A program made the position numbers and the translations under genes. The notes below the pieces were generated by a model. That model was not told the origin of the DNA. It did no database searches and was given only the letters and a program-made list of their open reading frames with translations. Below, in pieces: positions 50,768 to 60,198 of a DNA stretch of 64,000 nucleotides. The stretch lies in the NCBI RefSeq assembly GCF_029264495.1, contig NZ_JARIBH010000007.1, positions 1,636 to 65,635 of the forward strand. The letters run 5' to 3'. This DNA comes from Peptacetobacter sp. Its GTDB lineage: Bacteria > Bacillota > Clostridia > Peptostreptococcales > Peptostreptococcaceae. Every line of letters begins with the position of its first letter. Positions within the stretch are counted from its first letter, which is position 1.

Positions 50768-51208
50768 ATGTACGGTGAAGCTATAAATAGAAATACATAC
50801 AATGAAGCTAGAAGATTAATATCTAATGGAAAATTTTCTGAAGCATATAGAATTTTAAAAGAAGTAATTTCAAGTGATAGAACTGCTGAATGGTTTTTCT
50901 TAACAGGAATGGCAGCTATGAAAATGGGTAGATATGATGAAGGTGAAGATTATATAAAAAGAGCAAGATTTATGGATCCAGAAAATAGAGAATATGATGA
51001 AGCGTATAATCAATTTAGTTCATATAGAAATGATTATGATAATAGAGCTAGATACTACAATGAAAGAAGAAGATATGATTCTGGTGGATGCTGTTGCAAT
51101 CCTTGTTGCTGTTGTTGTGGAGACGATTGTGCGAATACATGCTGTCAGTTATGGTGTTTAGATTCATGCTGTGAATGTATGGGTGGAGATTTTATAACTT
51201 GTTGTTAA
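50768..51208 (+). CDS. TPR protein with cysteine-rich C-terminal tail
   Basis: AEWFFLTG...ARFMDPENREY TPR; 17 Cys in the last 39 aa, ending FITCC. Confidence 0.85.
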   Translation: MYGEAINRNTYNEARRLISNGKFSEAYRILKEVISSDRTAEWFFLTGMAAMKMGRYDEGEDYIKRARFMDPENREYDEAYNQFSSYRNDYDNRARYYNERRRYDSGGCCCNPCCCCCGDDCANTCCQLWCLDSCCECMGGDFITCC

Positions 51209-51236
51209 AATATAAAATTGAAATGGAAGTTTTCAT

Positions 51237-51743
51237 ATGGATAATATAAATAAAAAAATATCTCTAGGTGGAATGTTATTGGCCATAGAATCTATTATAT
51301 TTATGCTAATAAATTTTATTCCTTCGAATACAATTTTTTTAATGGTAATTGCTTCTTTTATATCTTCAATACTTATATATGAGTATGGTGAAAAAATAGG
51401 TGTTGTATTTACTATTGCATCAATAATTTTATCTTTTTTTATAATAAGTAATAAGATACATTGGTTTTTATATGCAATATCATTTTCAATATATGGATTA
51501 ATCAAATCTATTATTGAAAGAGGAAGAAGTAGAATAGTTGAATATGGAATGAAATTTGTATTTGCAAATATAATATTTTTAATAATAGTATATGTACTAA
51601 AAAGTTTTATACAATTTGATTTTAAAATAATAATGTTTTTATTTTTAAATATACTATTTTTAGTATATGATATTTTCTATAGCCAATTTATAAGATTTTA
51701 TAAAAATAATATAAGAAATAAGATAATTAAATATATAGAATAG
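51237..51743 (+). CDS. Multi-TM membrane protein (DUF2232/ECF S-component-like pattern)
   Basis: SLGGMLLA start, about 5-6 TM segments, YGLIKSIIE; third gene of the triplet. Confidence 0.65.
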   Translation: MDNINKKISLGGMLLAIESIIFMLINFIPSNTIFLMVIASFISSILIYEYGEKIGVVFTIASIILSFFIISNKIHWFLYAISFSIYGLIKSIIERGRSRIVEYGMKFVFANIIFLIIVYVLKSFIQFDFKIIMFLFLNILFLVYDIFYSQFIRFYKNNIRNKIIKYIE

Positions 51744-51745
51744 TT

Positions 51746-51783
51746 AAAAAGTATCTCTAATAATTTTAGAGATACTTTTTTTT
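51746..51783 (+). terminator. Terminator after the DUF5685 triplet
   Basis: aaaaagtatctcta / tagagatacttttt perfect stem and T run. Confidence 0.85.
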
Positions 51784-51945
51784 ATGAAAGAATATAAAAG
51801 ATTTATTATGATAGTGATAAAAATTGCACTTTAAGATGTATAACTTGAAGTTTTTATTCTTATGATAAGAGATTATAATTTAAATATAGGGATTGGGAAA
51901 ACATTTTTAAACTTATGATATATAATTTATATGGGAGGTGTAAAG

Positions 51946-53817
51946 GTGAGAACTTTAAAGATAATAAAAGAATTATCGAGCACAAATAAGTACTTATCAA
52001 TAGATTATTTTATAAATAAATTATCTATATCAAAAAGAACTATTCAAAAAGAACTTTCTTATATAAATAAAATAAGTAAAAAAAATGGTTTTGATTTAAT
52101 ACAAAAAAGAGGAAAAGGATATTTATTGCGAATAGATGATACAGAAAAATTTGGAAATTTCCTCAAAGAACTTGATTATTATGAAATAAAAGAATTTACA
52201 ATTGATAATCTTATAGCATATCTATCTATACAAAATAATTATGTAGTAACAGAAGATATAGCGAATTATTTTGAAGTCAGTGTATCAAGTATTAGAAATC
52301 AAGTTAGAAAAATAGACTTTTATTTAGAAAAATTTAATTTGAGTATAGATAGAAAAGCTCATTATGGTTTAAAAATAAAAGAAGAATTAATAAATAGAAA
52401 AAATCTAATAAATCAACTTTTAAGTAAGAAAAATAAAATTATACTTGAAGAAATGAATGATACATTCAGTGATAGATTTAAAAATTTAAAAAGAATAATA
52501 TCAAATTATATAAAAGAGAAAGAATATTCAATAAATGATTCAGAAAGAGAAAAAATTATAAATAACATTAAAGTCATTCTATATATAAATAAGAAAAATG
52601 AAATATTAAAAAGACAATCTTACAAAGATAAATATATAAATGATATACAAGACTATTATGAAATAGGAATTTCATTAAACGATTATAAAGAAATAACAAA
52701 TACATTTGATAAATTTGTAATAAATAAAGAAAAATCAGAAAGTAAAATAACAATAGAAAATCTAAAAAAAGATATTAATATTTTTATAAAAGAAATTGAT
52801 AAAGAATATAATACTAATTTTTATAAGGATGAAGACTTTAAAAGGTTACTTACAACTCATGTATCATTACTTATAGAAAGATTGAGGTTGAAAGTATCTT
52901 ATACAAATGTTTTAATAGAAGAAATTTTAATAAGGTACCCTATGATATTTAATATAGCTATTAAATTTGCGAATATGATTTCAGAGAAATATGAAGTAAT
53001 TATTACAGAGGAAGAGGTTGGATTCATAGCAACACATTTTTGTGTTCATATGGAAAAGGAAGGATATAGAAATTATCTAAATATAGAGAAAATAGCAATA
53101 GTTTGTTCTAGTGGAGGAGGCAGTTCCTACTTACTACAGATGAAAATAATTAATTTATTTAAAAATTCAAATATAAAGACATTCTCATTTTATGATATTA
53201 AATCTATTGAAGAATTTGAACCAGATATTATTTTTTCTATAAAAGAATTAGATTTAAGTATAAGTGTTCCAGTAATAATAATAAAAGAATTTTTAGATGA
53301 TAATGATATGTTAAATATAAAAAAATTATTACTATTTACAGATAGAGATAAACAAGTTTCTTTAAATGAAACAAAGAATGTATTTATAAAAAATATATTG
53401 AAAAAAGAATATTTTAGCATAGATTATACAAATGAAAATTATATAGATATAATATCAGAAATGGCAGAAGAAATAGAAAAAGATGGTATAGGTGGAGCAG
53501 AATATAAAAATAGAGTATTAGAAAGAGAGAGTTATGTTTCAACCATTTATACAAATGGAATAGCAATTCCACATCCAATAGAAATGGGATCAAATGAAGA
53601 TTTAGTATCTATAAAAATATTAAAAAATGAAGTTTTTTATAAAGATAAAAAAGTAAATATAATTTTTATGGTTTCATTACAAAAAAAGAATTATGAGTTA
53701 CAAAAAGAAATTACAAAAAGTTTATATAATTTAATACAAGATATAGAAATTATAAAAAAATTGCATAAAGCAAAGACATATGAGGAGTTTATAGCAATTA
53801 TAGAACCATTTATATAG
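51946..53817 (+). CDS. PRD-containing PTS-regulated activator (LicR/MtlR/ManR type)
   Basis: Two HTH segments, PRD (GFIATHF), EIIB-like VCSSGGGSS, EIIA-like GIAIPH. GTG 51946 after GGAGGT (ORF track starts at 51931). Confidence 0.9.
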   Translation: MRTLKIIKELSSTNKYLSIDYFINKLSISKRTIQKELSYINKISKKNGFDLIQKRGKGYLLRIDDTEKFGNFLKELDYYEIKEFTIDNLIAYLSIQNNYVVTEDIANYFEVSVSSIRNQVRKIDFYLEKFNLSIDRKAHYGLKIKEELINRKNLINQLLSKKNKIILEEMNDTFSDRFKNLKRIISNYIKEKEYSINDSEREKIINNIKVILYINKKNEILKRQSYKDKYINDIQDYYEIGISLNDYKEITNTFDKFVINKEKSESKITIENLKKDINIFIKEIDKEYNTNFYKDEDFKRLLTTHVSLLIERLRLKVSYTNVLIEEILIRYPMIFNIAIKFANMISEKYEVIITEEEVGFIATHFCVHMEKEGYRNYLNIEKIAIVCSSGGGSSYLLQMKIINLFKNSNIKTFSFYDIKSIEEFEPDIIFSIKELDLSISVPVIIIKEFLDDNDMLNIKKLLLFTDRDKQVSLNETKNVFIKNILKKEYFSIDYTNENYIDIISEMAEEIEKDGIGGAEYKNRVLERESYVSTIYTNGIAIPHPIEMGSNEDLVSIKILKNEVFYKDKKVNIIFMVSLQKKNYELQKEITKSLYNLIQDIEIIKKLHKAKTYEEFIAIIEPFI

Positions 53818-53848
53818 AAAAGATAATTATAAAAAGGAGGAGATAAAA

Positions 53849-54865
53849 ATGGATAAAAAATTTTTAGAAGAATTATGTGAAATAGATGGAATAGCCTCTA
53901 ATGAATTTGATGTTGCGTTTAAACTAAAAAATAAATTTAAAAATGCAGATAGAATGTTAATTGATGGATTAGGTAGTCAAATATTTGAATACTCAAGTGA
54001 AGGACCCAAAATTATGTTTGCAGCACACATGGATGAAGTTGGTTTTATGATAAAAAATATTAGAGAGAATGGTCTAATAGATTTAATACCTATTGGCGGA
54101 GTAAAAGAAACTGCAAAAGGATTTCAAAAAGCTAGAATCACAACATCTGAAGGAAGTAAAATTATAGGATTAATAAATTCTACAGATGATAAATTGTATA
54201 TGGATATTGGTGTAGATAGTGATAAATCAGTTGAAAATCTAGGAATAGATATAGGAGATATGGTGTGTTTTGCTAGTAAATCTGAATGGTTAAATGAAGA
54301 TATTTTAATGGCAAAAGCATTAGATGATAGAATAGGAAATTTTATATTATCAGAAGTAGCAAAAGAAATAAATAATCTAAAAGAAAGAAAAAATAGTATA
54401 TATTTATGTAATACAGTGCAAGAAGAAGTAGGCACAAGAGGTGGTAAATGTAGCACAGATATAATAAAACCAGATGTATTTTTTGCTATAGATGTTGCAA
54501 CAGCACCAGATTTAAATAGAGGTTGTGATAATCATAGAAAAATAGGAAATGGTTTTATGATATTACATTATGACAAAACTATGATCCCCAATAAGAAATT
54601 TTTGAATTATATAAAAAATTTAGCAAAAGAAAATAATATAATTTTTCAAAAAGATATGTTTGGTGGAGGTGGAACTGATGCAGGTAATGCACATTTAGTT
54701 AGCGGAGGTAGACTTGCAATAGTTCTTGGAGTGCCATTAAGATATTGCCACGGAAATTATTCTATGGTGAATATGAAAGATGTAGAATCGCTTATAAAGT
54801 TTATAGTTGAAATAATAAAAGATTTAGATACTGATAAACTTAAAGATATAAAAAAATATGTTTAA
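53849..54865 (+). CDS. M42 family aminopeptidase (FrvX/YpdE-like)
   Basis: AAHMDEVG, KALDDRIG, QEEVG, AIDV, GGTDAG, RYCH; all metal ligands present. Confidence 0.92.
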   Translation: MDKKFLEELCEIDGIASNEFDVAFKLKNKFKNADRMLIDGLGSQIFEYSSEGPKIMFAAHMDEVGFMIKNIRENGLIDLIPIGGVKETAKGFQKARITTSEGSKIIGLINSTDDKLYMDIGVDSDKSVENLGIDIGDMVCFASKSEWLNEDILMAKALDDRIGNFILSEVAKEINNLKERKNSIYLCNTVQEEVGTRGGKCSTDIIKPDVFFAIDVATAPDLNRGCDNHRKIGNGFMILHYDKTMIPNKKFLNYIKNLAKENNIIFQKDMFGGGGTDAGNAHLVSGGRLAIVLGVPLRYCHGNYSMVNMKDVESLIKFIVEIIKDLDTDKLKDIKKYV

Positions 54866-54882
54866 ATTTAGTGGAGGTTTAA

Positions 54883-55194
54883 ATGAACGAATTAGAACAA
54901 AAAATAATAGGAATAATTTCATCTGCCGGAGAAAGTAAGGCAAAAGCATTTGAAGCACTTAGAAAAGTAAAAGATAGAGATTTTGAAGCAGCGAAAAAAC
55001 TTATGGAAGAATCAAAAGAAATAGATTTAGAAGCACATAAAATTCAAACTGAATTAATAGTTGCTGAAATGCAAGAAGATAAAGAAAATAAACCTGAAAT
55101 AAGTTTATTAATGGTACATGCACAAGATCACTACATGACTTCTCAATTAGCAAGAGATATTGTAGATGTTCTGATAGATATATTTGATAATTAG
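54883..55194 (+). CDS. PTS lactose/cellobiose-family EIIA
   Basis: AGESK, AHKIQTELI, LLMVHAQDHYMT. Confidence 0.95.
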   Translation: MNELEQKIIGIISSAGESKAKAFEALRKVKDRDFEAAKKLMEESKEIDLEAHKIQTELIVAEMQEDKENKPEISLLMVHAQDHYMTSQLARDIVDVLIDIFDN

Positions 55195-55206
55195 GAGGAA
55201 TTAAAA

Positions 55207-55533
55207 ATGAGAATAGTATTATGTTGCGCAGGTGGTTTTTCAACAACAATGTTAATGGAAAACATGAAAAAAACAGTAAAAGAAAGTAAAAAATTAGATG
55301 AAAGTAAATTTGACTTTATAGCTATACCAGTTGATACATTATCTCAAGAAATTGATAATTGTGATGTATTAGTTATAGGTCCTCAAATAGCACACAAATT
55401 AGAATCTTTAAAACCTATGTTAGAAGAAAAGAAAGTTCCATATACAGTAATTGATAGAGATACTTACGGTAAAATGGATGGAGCAACAGCTTTCAAAATG
55501 GCTCTTATAGCTCACAAAAAAGCTAATATGTAA
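55207..55533 (+). CDS. PTS lactose/cellobiose-family EIIB
   Basis: CCAGGFSTTML phosphorylation loop, GPQI, YGKMDG. Confidence 0.95.
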   Translation: MRIVLCCAGGFSTTMLMENMKKTVKESKKLDESKFDFIAIPVDTLSQEIDNCDVLVIGPQIAHKLESLKPMLEEKKVPYTVIDRDTYGKMDGATAFKMALIAHKKANM

Positions 55534-55562
55534 TAATTATAAATTGGGAGGAGAATTTATAT

Positions 55563-56891
55563 ATGTTCAAAAAGATAGAAAGTTTTATGAATAAATATCT
55601 ACTACCACTTGCACATAAAGTAGATAAACAAAAACATCTTAGTGCAATAAAAAAATCTATGGTAGCAATGACACCATTAATAATGATAGGGAGTTTATGT
55701 CTAATACCAGAAGCTATACCTAATCTTATAGGGCAAGAAAATCCTATTTCAGTATGGATAATGAATAATTTAGATACTATATATTTACCATTTACATATG
55801 GTATGGGATTCATGAGTTTATATGTTGCAGCTAGTATTGCTTATAATTTAGGTAAATCATACAATATGAATATACCTGGATGTTTAAGTATGGGAATAAT
55901 AGCATTTTTATTAGTTACTTTATATAATGATCCTGAAACAGGAGAATTATCAGTTAAATATCTAAGTACAAAAGGTCTTATAATGGGTATGCTAGCTCCA
56001 ATGTTAGCAGTTGAATTATATAGATGGTGTCTAAAAAAGAAATTCACAATTAAGATGCCAGAAGGTGTTCCAGATTTTGTTTCAAGTTCATTTGAAATGA
56101 TACCAGTTTCTGTAATAGTAATAGGTTCATTCCTTGCATTTAGATTATTCTCAGTTAATGTTTTAGGATGCATGCCACCAGAAATATTGACGCCAGTATT
56201 AGCTCCATTATTAGGTGCATTAGATAGTCCGTTTGGATTCTTTGTAAACCAGTTCTTATCTTGTTTATTATTCTTCTTTGGGATACATCCATCTGTAATG
56301 AGTCCGGTAACAAGTCCTATATCAAATCAGTTTTTAGCAGAAAATCAGGCTGCACATATGGCTGGACAGGCGTTACCTCATTTCTATACAGGAGGAATGG
56401 TATCTCCATTTGCTAACTTTACAGGAACAGGTATAACAATTGGTTTAGTTATATGGTGTTTAAGATCTAGAGCTAAGTCTCAGAGAACAGTTGGTAAAGT
56501 ATCATTAATTCCAACTTTATTTGGTATAAATGAACCAATATTATTCGGTGCACCAATAGTATTAAACCCAATATTCTTTATACCATATGTTATAGGTGGA
56601 TCAATATTAGGTTCTATTCCAGCATTTATGATGCACTTTGGATTACTTAATAAATCTTGGTTCAACCCACCATATGTTGGGGTATTCTTAGAAGGATTTT
56701 TAGCTACAGGAGACTGGAGAGCAATAATAGCAAACCTAATACAACTTGTTGGTTCGATAATAATTTGGTATCCGTTCTTTAAATTATATGAAAAAGAAGA
56801 ATTAAAAGCAGAAAAATCAAATACAGAGGAAATTCAAGCAATAAGTAAAGAAGATGAAGCATTACTTGATGATTTGGATTTAGATTTCTAA
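55563..56891 (+). CDS. PTS cellobiose-family EIIC
   Basis: HLSAIK, KMPEGVPDFVSSSFE, FFGIHP, GTG, FGINEPILFGAPIVLNP. Confidence 0.95.
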   Translation: MFKKIESFMNKYLLPLAHKVDKQKHLSAIKKSMVAMTPLIMIGSLCLIPEAIPNLIGQENPISVWIMNNLDTIYLPFTYGMGFMSLYVAASIAYNLGKSYNMNIPGCLSMGIIAFLLVTLYNDPETGELSVKYLSTKGLIMGMLAPMLAVELYRWCLKKKFTIKMPEGVPDFVSSSFEMIPVSVIVIGSFLAFRLFSVNVLGCMPPEILTPVLAPLLGALDSPFGFFVNQFLSCLLFFFGIHPSVMSPVTSPISNQFLAENQAAHMAGQALPHFYTGGMVSPFANFTGTGITIGLVIWCLRSRAKSQRTVGKVSLIPTLFGINEPILFGAPIVLNPIFFIPYVIGGSILGSIPAFMMHFGLLNKSWFNPPYVGVFLEGFLATGDWRAIIANLIQLVGSIIIWYPFFKLYEKEELKAEKSNTEEIQAISKEDEALLDDLDLDF

Positions 56892-56901
56892 TAATTATTT
56901 T

Positions 56902-56930
56902 AAGGACAGGCATAGCCTGTCCTTTATTTA
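56902..56930 (+). terminator. Intra-operon GC-rich hairpin after EIIC
   Basis: aaggacaggc-ata-gcctgtcctt followed by tattta. Confidence 0.6.
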
Positions 56931-56944
56931 AAAGGAGTATTAAT

Positions 56945-58033
56945 ATGAACTTATTTATAGAAAAAATGAGAAAAGATTTAAAAGAAAATGAAGCAATACT
57001 TGCAAAATCTAAAGATATAAAAAAATATTTAAATACTCTAGAGGGTAGTGGGGTAGAAATACTAATATTAAAAAAGAAAATATATTTGATTATGGATGGA
57101 AGATATATTGAAGATGCAAAACAAAGATATTACAATAATAAAAATATTTACATATTGAAAAATGATAAAAAAACAAATATAGAAATAATCAAAGAAATAT
57201 GTAAAAATGATAAAATAAATAAATTAAAAGTTGAATATAATGCATATAAAATAAAAGAGTATATGAATTTAGAGAAATTGAAACTGGAATTAGAAAATTT
57301 TGATGAAGAATTTAAAAAAATAAGAATGATTAAAACGAAAAATGAGATAGAAATTATAATGGAAGCTTGTGAGATAACAGATAAAGTATTTGAAAATGTA
57401 ATAAATAATATAAAAATAGGAATGACTGAAAGAGAAATAAGTGCTTTAGTTCAATATTATTCTATAAAATTTGGAGCAAGTAAAATGTCATTTGATCCGG
57501 TTATATCATCTGGCAAAAGAACAGCATATCCACATGCAAGACCAAGTGATAAAAAAATAGAAAAAAATGATTTTATAATGTTAGATTTTGGCATTGAATA
57601 CAGAGGGTATCAATCAGATATGACAAGAATGATATTTATAGGAAAACCAAATAAAAAGATTGAAGAAATATATAATATAGTTTTAAATGCACAATTGGAA
57701 GCGATAAAAAATATAAAAATAGGGGAAAAATGTAAAAATATAGATAAAATATCTAGAGATATAATAAAAAAGTTTGGATATGGGGATTATTTTGTACATG
57801 GTCTAGGACATGGAATAGGTATAAATAATGGAGATGAATATCCAAAATTAAATAAAGAAAGCGAAATGATTTTACAAGAAGGTATGATTATGTCATGTGA
57901 ACCAGGAATATATCTTCCTAATATAGGTGGTATAAGAATAGAAGATGATGTGTGTATAATTAATGGAAAAGCAGTTTCATTAAATAAAACAACAAAAAAA
58001 ATTATAGTATTGGAGAATAAAGATGAAATATAA
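56945..58033 (+). CDS. M24B Xaa-Pro aminopeptidase (YpdF/YqhT-like)
   Basis: LDFG..YRGYQSDMTR, HGLGHGIG, EPGIY, GIRIEDD ligands intact. Confidence 0.92.
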   Translation: MNLFIEKMRKDLKENEAILAKSKDIKKYLNTLEGSGVEILILKKKIYLIMDGRYIEDAKQRYYNNKNIYILKNDKKTNIEIIKEICKNDKINKLKVEYNAYKIKEYMNLEKLKLELENFDEEFKKIRMIKTKNEIEIIMEACEITDKVFENVINNIKIGMTEREISALVQYYSIKFGASKMSFDPVISSGKRTAYPHARPSDKKIEKNDFIMLDFGIEYRGYQSDMTRMIFIGKPNKKIEEIYNIVLNAQLEAIKNIKIGEKCKNIDKISRDIIKKFGYGDYFVHGLGHGIGINNGDEYPKLNKESEMILQEGMIMSCEPGIYLPNIGGIRIEDDVCIINGKAVSLNKTTKKIIVLENKDEI

Positions 58034-59198
58034 TTTTGATAAAATAAATAATAGAAAAGGTACATACTGTACACAGTGGGATTATATACAAGATAGATTT
58101 GGTGTAGAAGATATTTTACCATTTTCAATATCAGATACTGATTTTATAGTTCCTTATGAAGTTACAGAAAAATTAAAATCAGTTTTAGAACATCAAATTT
58201 TTGGATATACGAGATGGAATCATGATGATTTTAAAAATAGTATAGTTAATTTCTTTAAAAAAAGATTTGATACAGAAGTTAAAAAAGATTGGGTTATATA
58301 CAGCCCTAGTGTAATGTATTCAGTATCATTACTTATAAAATTATTATCTAAGGATAATGATATAGTTGCAACATTTAATCCTATGTATGATGCATTTTTT
58401 AATGTAATAGAAGGTAATAATAGAAAAATAGGTAAAGTAGATTTAATAGAAAAAGATGGAAAATTTTATATAGATTTTAATAAACTAGAGGAAATGTTAA
58501 AAAAATCAAAACTTCTTCTCCTTTGTTCACCACATAACCCAACAGGTAAAGTTTTTACAGAAAAAGAGCTTGTAAAAATAGTTAAACTGTGTAAAAAATA
58601 TAGTATAAAGATAATATCTGATGAAATACACATGGATATAATTCTAGGTGAAAAAAAACATAATCCTATAATAAAATTTTTGAAAGAATACAATGATTTA
58701 TATTTAGTGTCATCAGGATCAAAAACATTTAATTATCCCGCATTAATTTGTTCATATGCAATTATTCCAAATGATAATATAAAAGAAGAATTTTTAACTA
58801 CTACTAGAAAAAAAGAATTTTTAAATTCAGCAAGTATACCTGGTATGTATGCTACAATGATTTCATATAATGAATGCGATGATTATATAGAAGAATTAGT
58901 TGCATATATAAATAAAAATATGGATTATGTAGAAAAATATATAAAAGAAAATATAAAGGATTTAAAATTTAAAAAGCCAGAAGGAACATATTTAGCATGG
59001 ATAGATTGTAGAAAACTTAAATACTCTTCTGAAGAATTACAAGATGTGCTTGTAAATATCGGAAAAGTTGGTATTATGAAAGGAGAAGTATATGGTGGGG
59101 AAAAATATCTTCGATTAAATTGTGGATGCAGTATAGAAAAATTAAAATTAGGTCTTGAAAAATTGAAAAATAGTATAGAATATTTAAAACTTAAATAG
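58023..59198 (+). CDS. MalY/PatB-family PLP-dependent beta C-S lyase
   Basis: PFSISDTDF, FGYT, LCSPHNPTG, SDEIH, SGSKTFN (PLP Lys), PEGTYLAWID, RLNCG. Confidence 0.92.
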   Translation: MKYNFDKINNRKGTYCTQWDYIQDRFGVEDILPFSISDTDFIVPYEVTEKLKSVLEHQIFGYTRWNHDDFKNSIVNFFKKRFDTEVKKDWVIYSPSVMYSVSLLIKLLSKDNDIVATFNPMYDAFFNVIEGNNRKIGKVDLIEKDGKFYIDFNKLEEMLKKSKLLLLCSPHNPTGKVFTEKELVKIVKLCKKYSIKIISDEIHMDIILGEKKHNPIIKFLKEYNDLYLVSSGSKTFNYPALICSYAIIPNDNIKEEFLTTTRKKEFLNSASIPGMYATMISYNECDDYIEELVAYINKNMDYVEKYIKENIKDLKFKKPEGTYLAWIDCRKLKYSSEELQDVLVNIGKVGIMKGEVYGGEKYLRLNCGCSIEKLKLGLEKLKNSIEYLKLK

Positions 59199-59235
59199 CA
59201 AAAGAAATGAATATTAGTATATATCAAAAATAAAG

Positions 59236-59276
59236 TAATAAAAAAGAGGAGATTTAAAAATCTCCCTTTTTTATTA
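59236..59276. terminator. Bidirectional terminator PTS operon / HAD gene
   Basis: taataaaaaagaggagatt / aatctcccttttttatta stem between convergent genes. Confidence 0.8.
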
Positions 59277-59283
59277 TAATATT

Positions 59284-60033
59284 CTATTCAGATAAATCGT
59301 CATAAGAAAGAACTTGAACATCAGGTTTAAGTTTATATAAAATATCTTTTCGCTCAACTATTATGTCAGCATTATTTTTTAAAATATCATCTTCTCTCAA
59401 CTTAGTTAATAGTTCATTAGTTGGATTGATTGCAATAGGGTGTCCAACTCTTTTAAGCATATTTATATCACCATTTGTATCACCATATGCATATGACTTA
59501 GATAAATCTATATCGTACTTTTCTACAAGTTCTGTAATAGCATTATTTTTGCTCTCAGAATCCCACATTGGAACAAGTTCTCCAGTAAAATATCCATTTT
59601 CTATTATATATTTACTTCCTATATAATTTGTAACATGATATTTTTCAGCCATTTTTTTTACTAAAAAATCGGGACTTCCAGAAATAAAAATTACAATATC
59701 GCCAGCTTTTAAATGTCTTTCTATCTGAGAACGAGTATATTTATATACTCTATCAGCCTTTGTTTTTATAACTTGATCAGCAGCAAATTCGATGCTATGC
59801 CAATCAACGCCTTTCAAAGAATCTACATATAAGTCACATACCTCTAATAAATAATCATCATAATTACCTTGTCTTTTATCCCAATTTAAAAATGTATTTC
59901 TAGCATGTTCCATCCAAGCTTTTTCATCTATAACTTCGTATTTAATTAATTTTTTAAAATGTTCTACCATAAGTGAATCTCTATAAAGAGTTCCATCAAT
60001 ATCAAAAAATGCCGCTCTTTTTTTCATAAGCAT
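59284..60033 (-). CDS. HAD-IB (SerB-like) hydrolase
   Basis: FFDIDGTL, ISGSP, K in ESKNNAI, AYGDTNGD, AINP. Confidence 0.9.
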   Translation of the reverse strand: MLMKKRAAFFDIDGTLYRDSLMVEHFKKLIKYEVIDEKAWMEHARNTFLNWDKRQGNYDDYLLEVCDLYVDSLKGVDWHSIEFAADQVIKTKADRVYKYTRSQIERHLKAGDIVIFISGSPDFLVKKMAEKYHVTNYIGSKYIIENGYFTGELVPMWDSESKNNAITELVEKYDIDLSKSYAYGDTNGDINMLKRVGHPIAINPTNELLTKLREDDILKNNADIIVERKDILYKLKPDVQVLSYDDLSE

Positions 60034-60198
60034 TACCCCCTATCTTGATATATATTTCTACTAGTATACAGCAAATATTTAAAATAGTACAGTAAAAATT
60101 CTATCAATAAAACTTTTCGTGATATATAATAAATATTGATATATTATAAAAGATAGAAAGGAGGATAGATAATTTTAATAGTTATCTATTGAAGATAT

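Noticed and set aside
51895-51910. cre (CcpA) site GGGAAAACATTTTTAA before the PTS activator
   Set aside because: Two mismatches including the central G, in very AT-rich DNA; plausible but not supportable alone.
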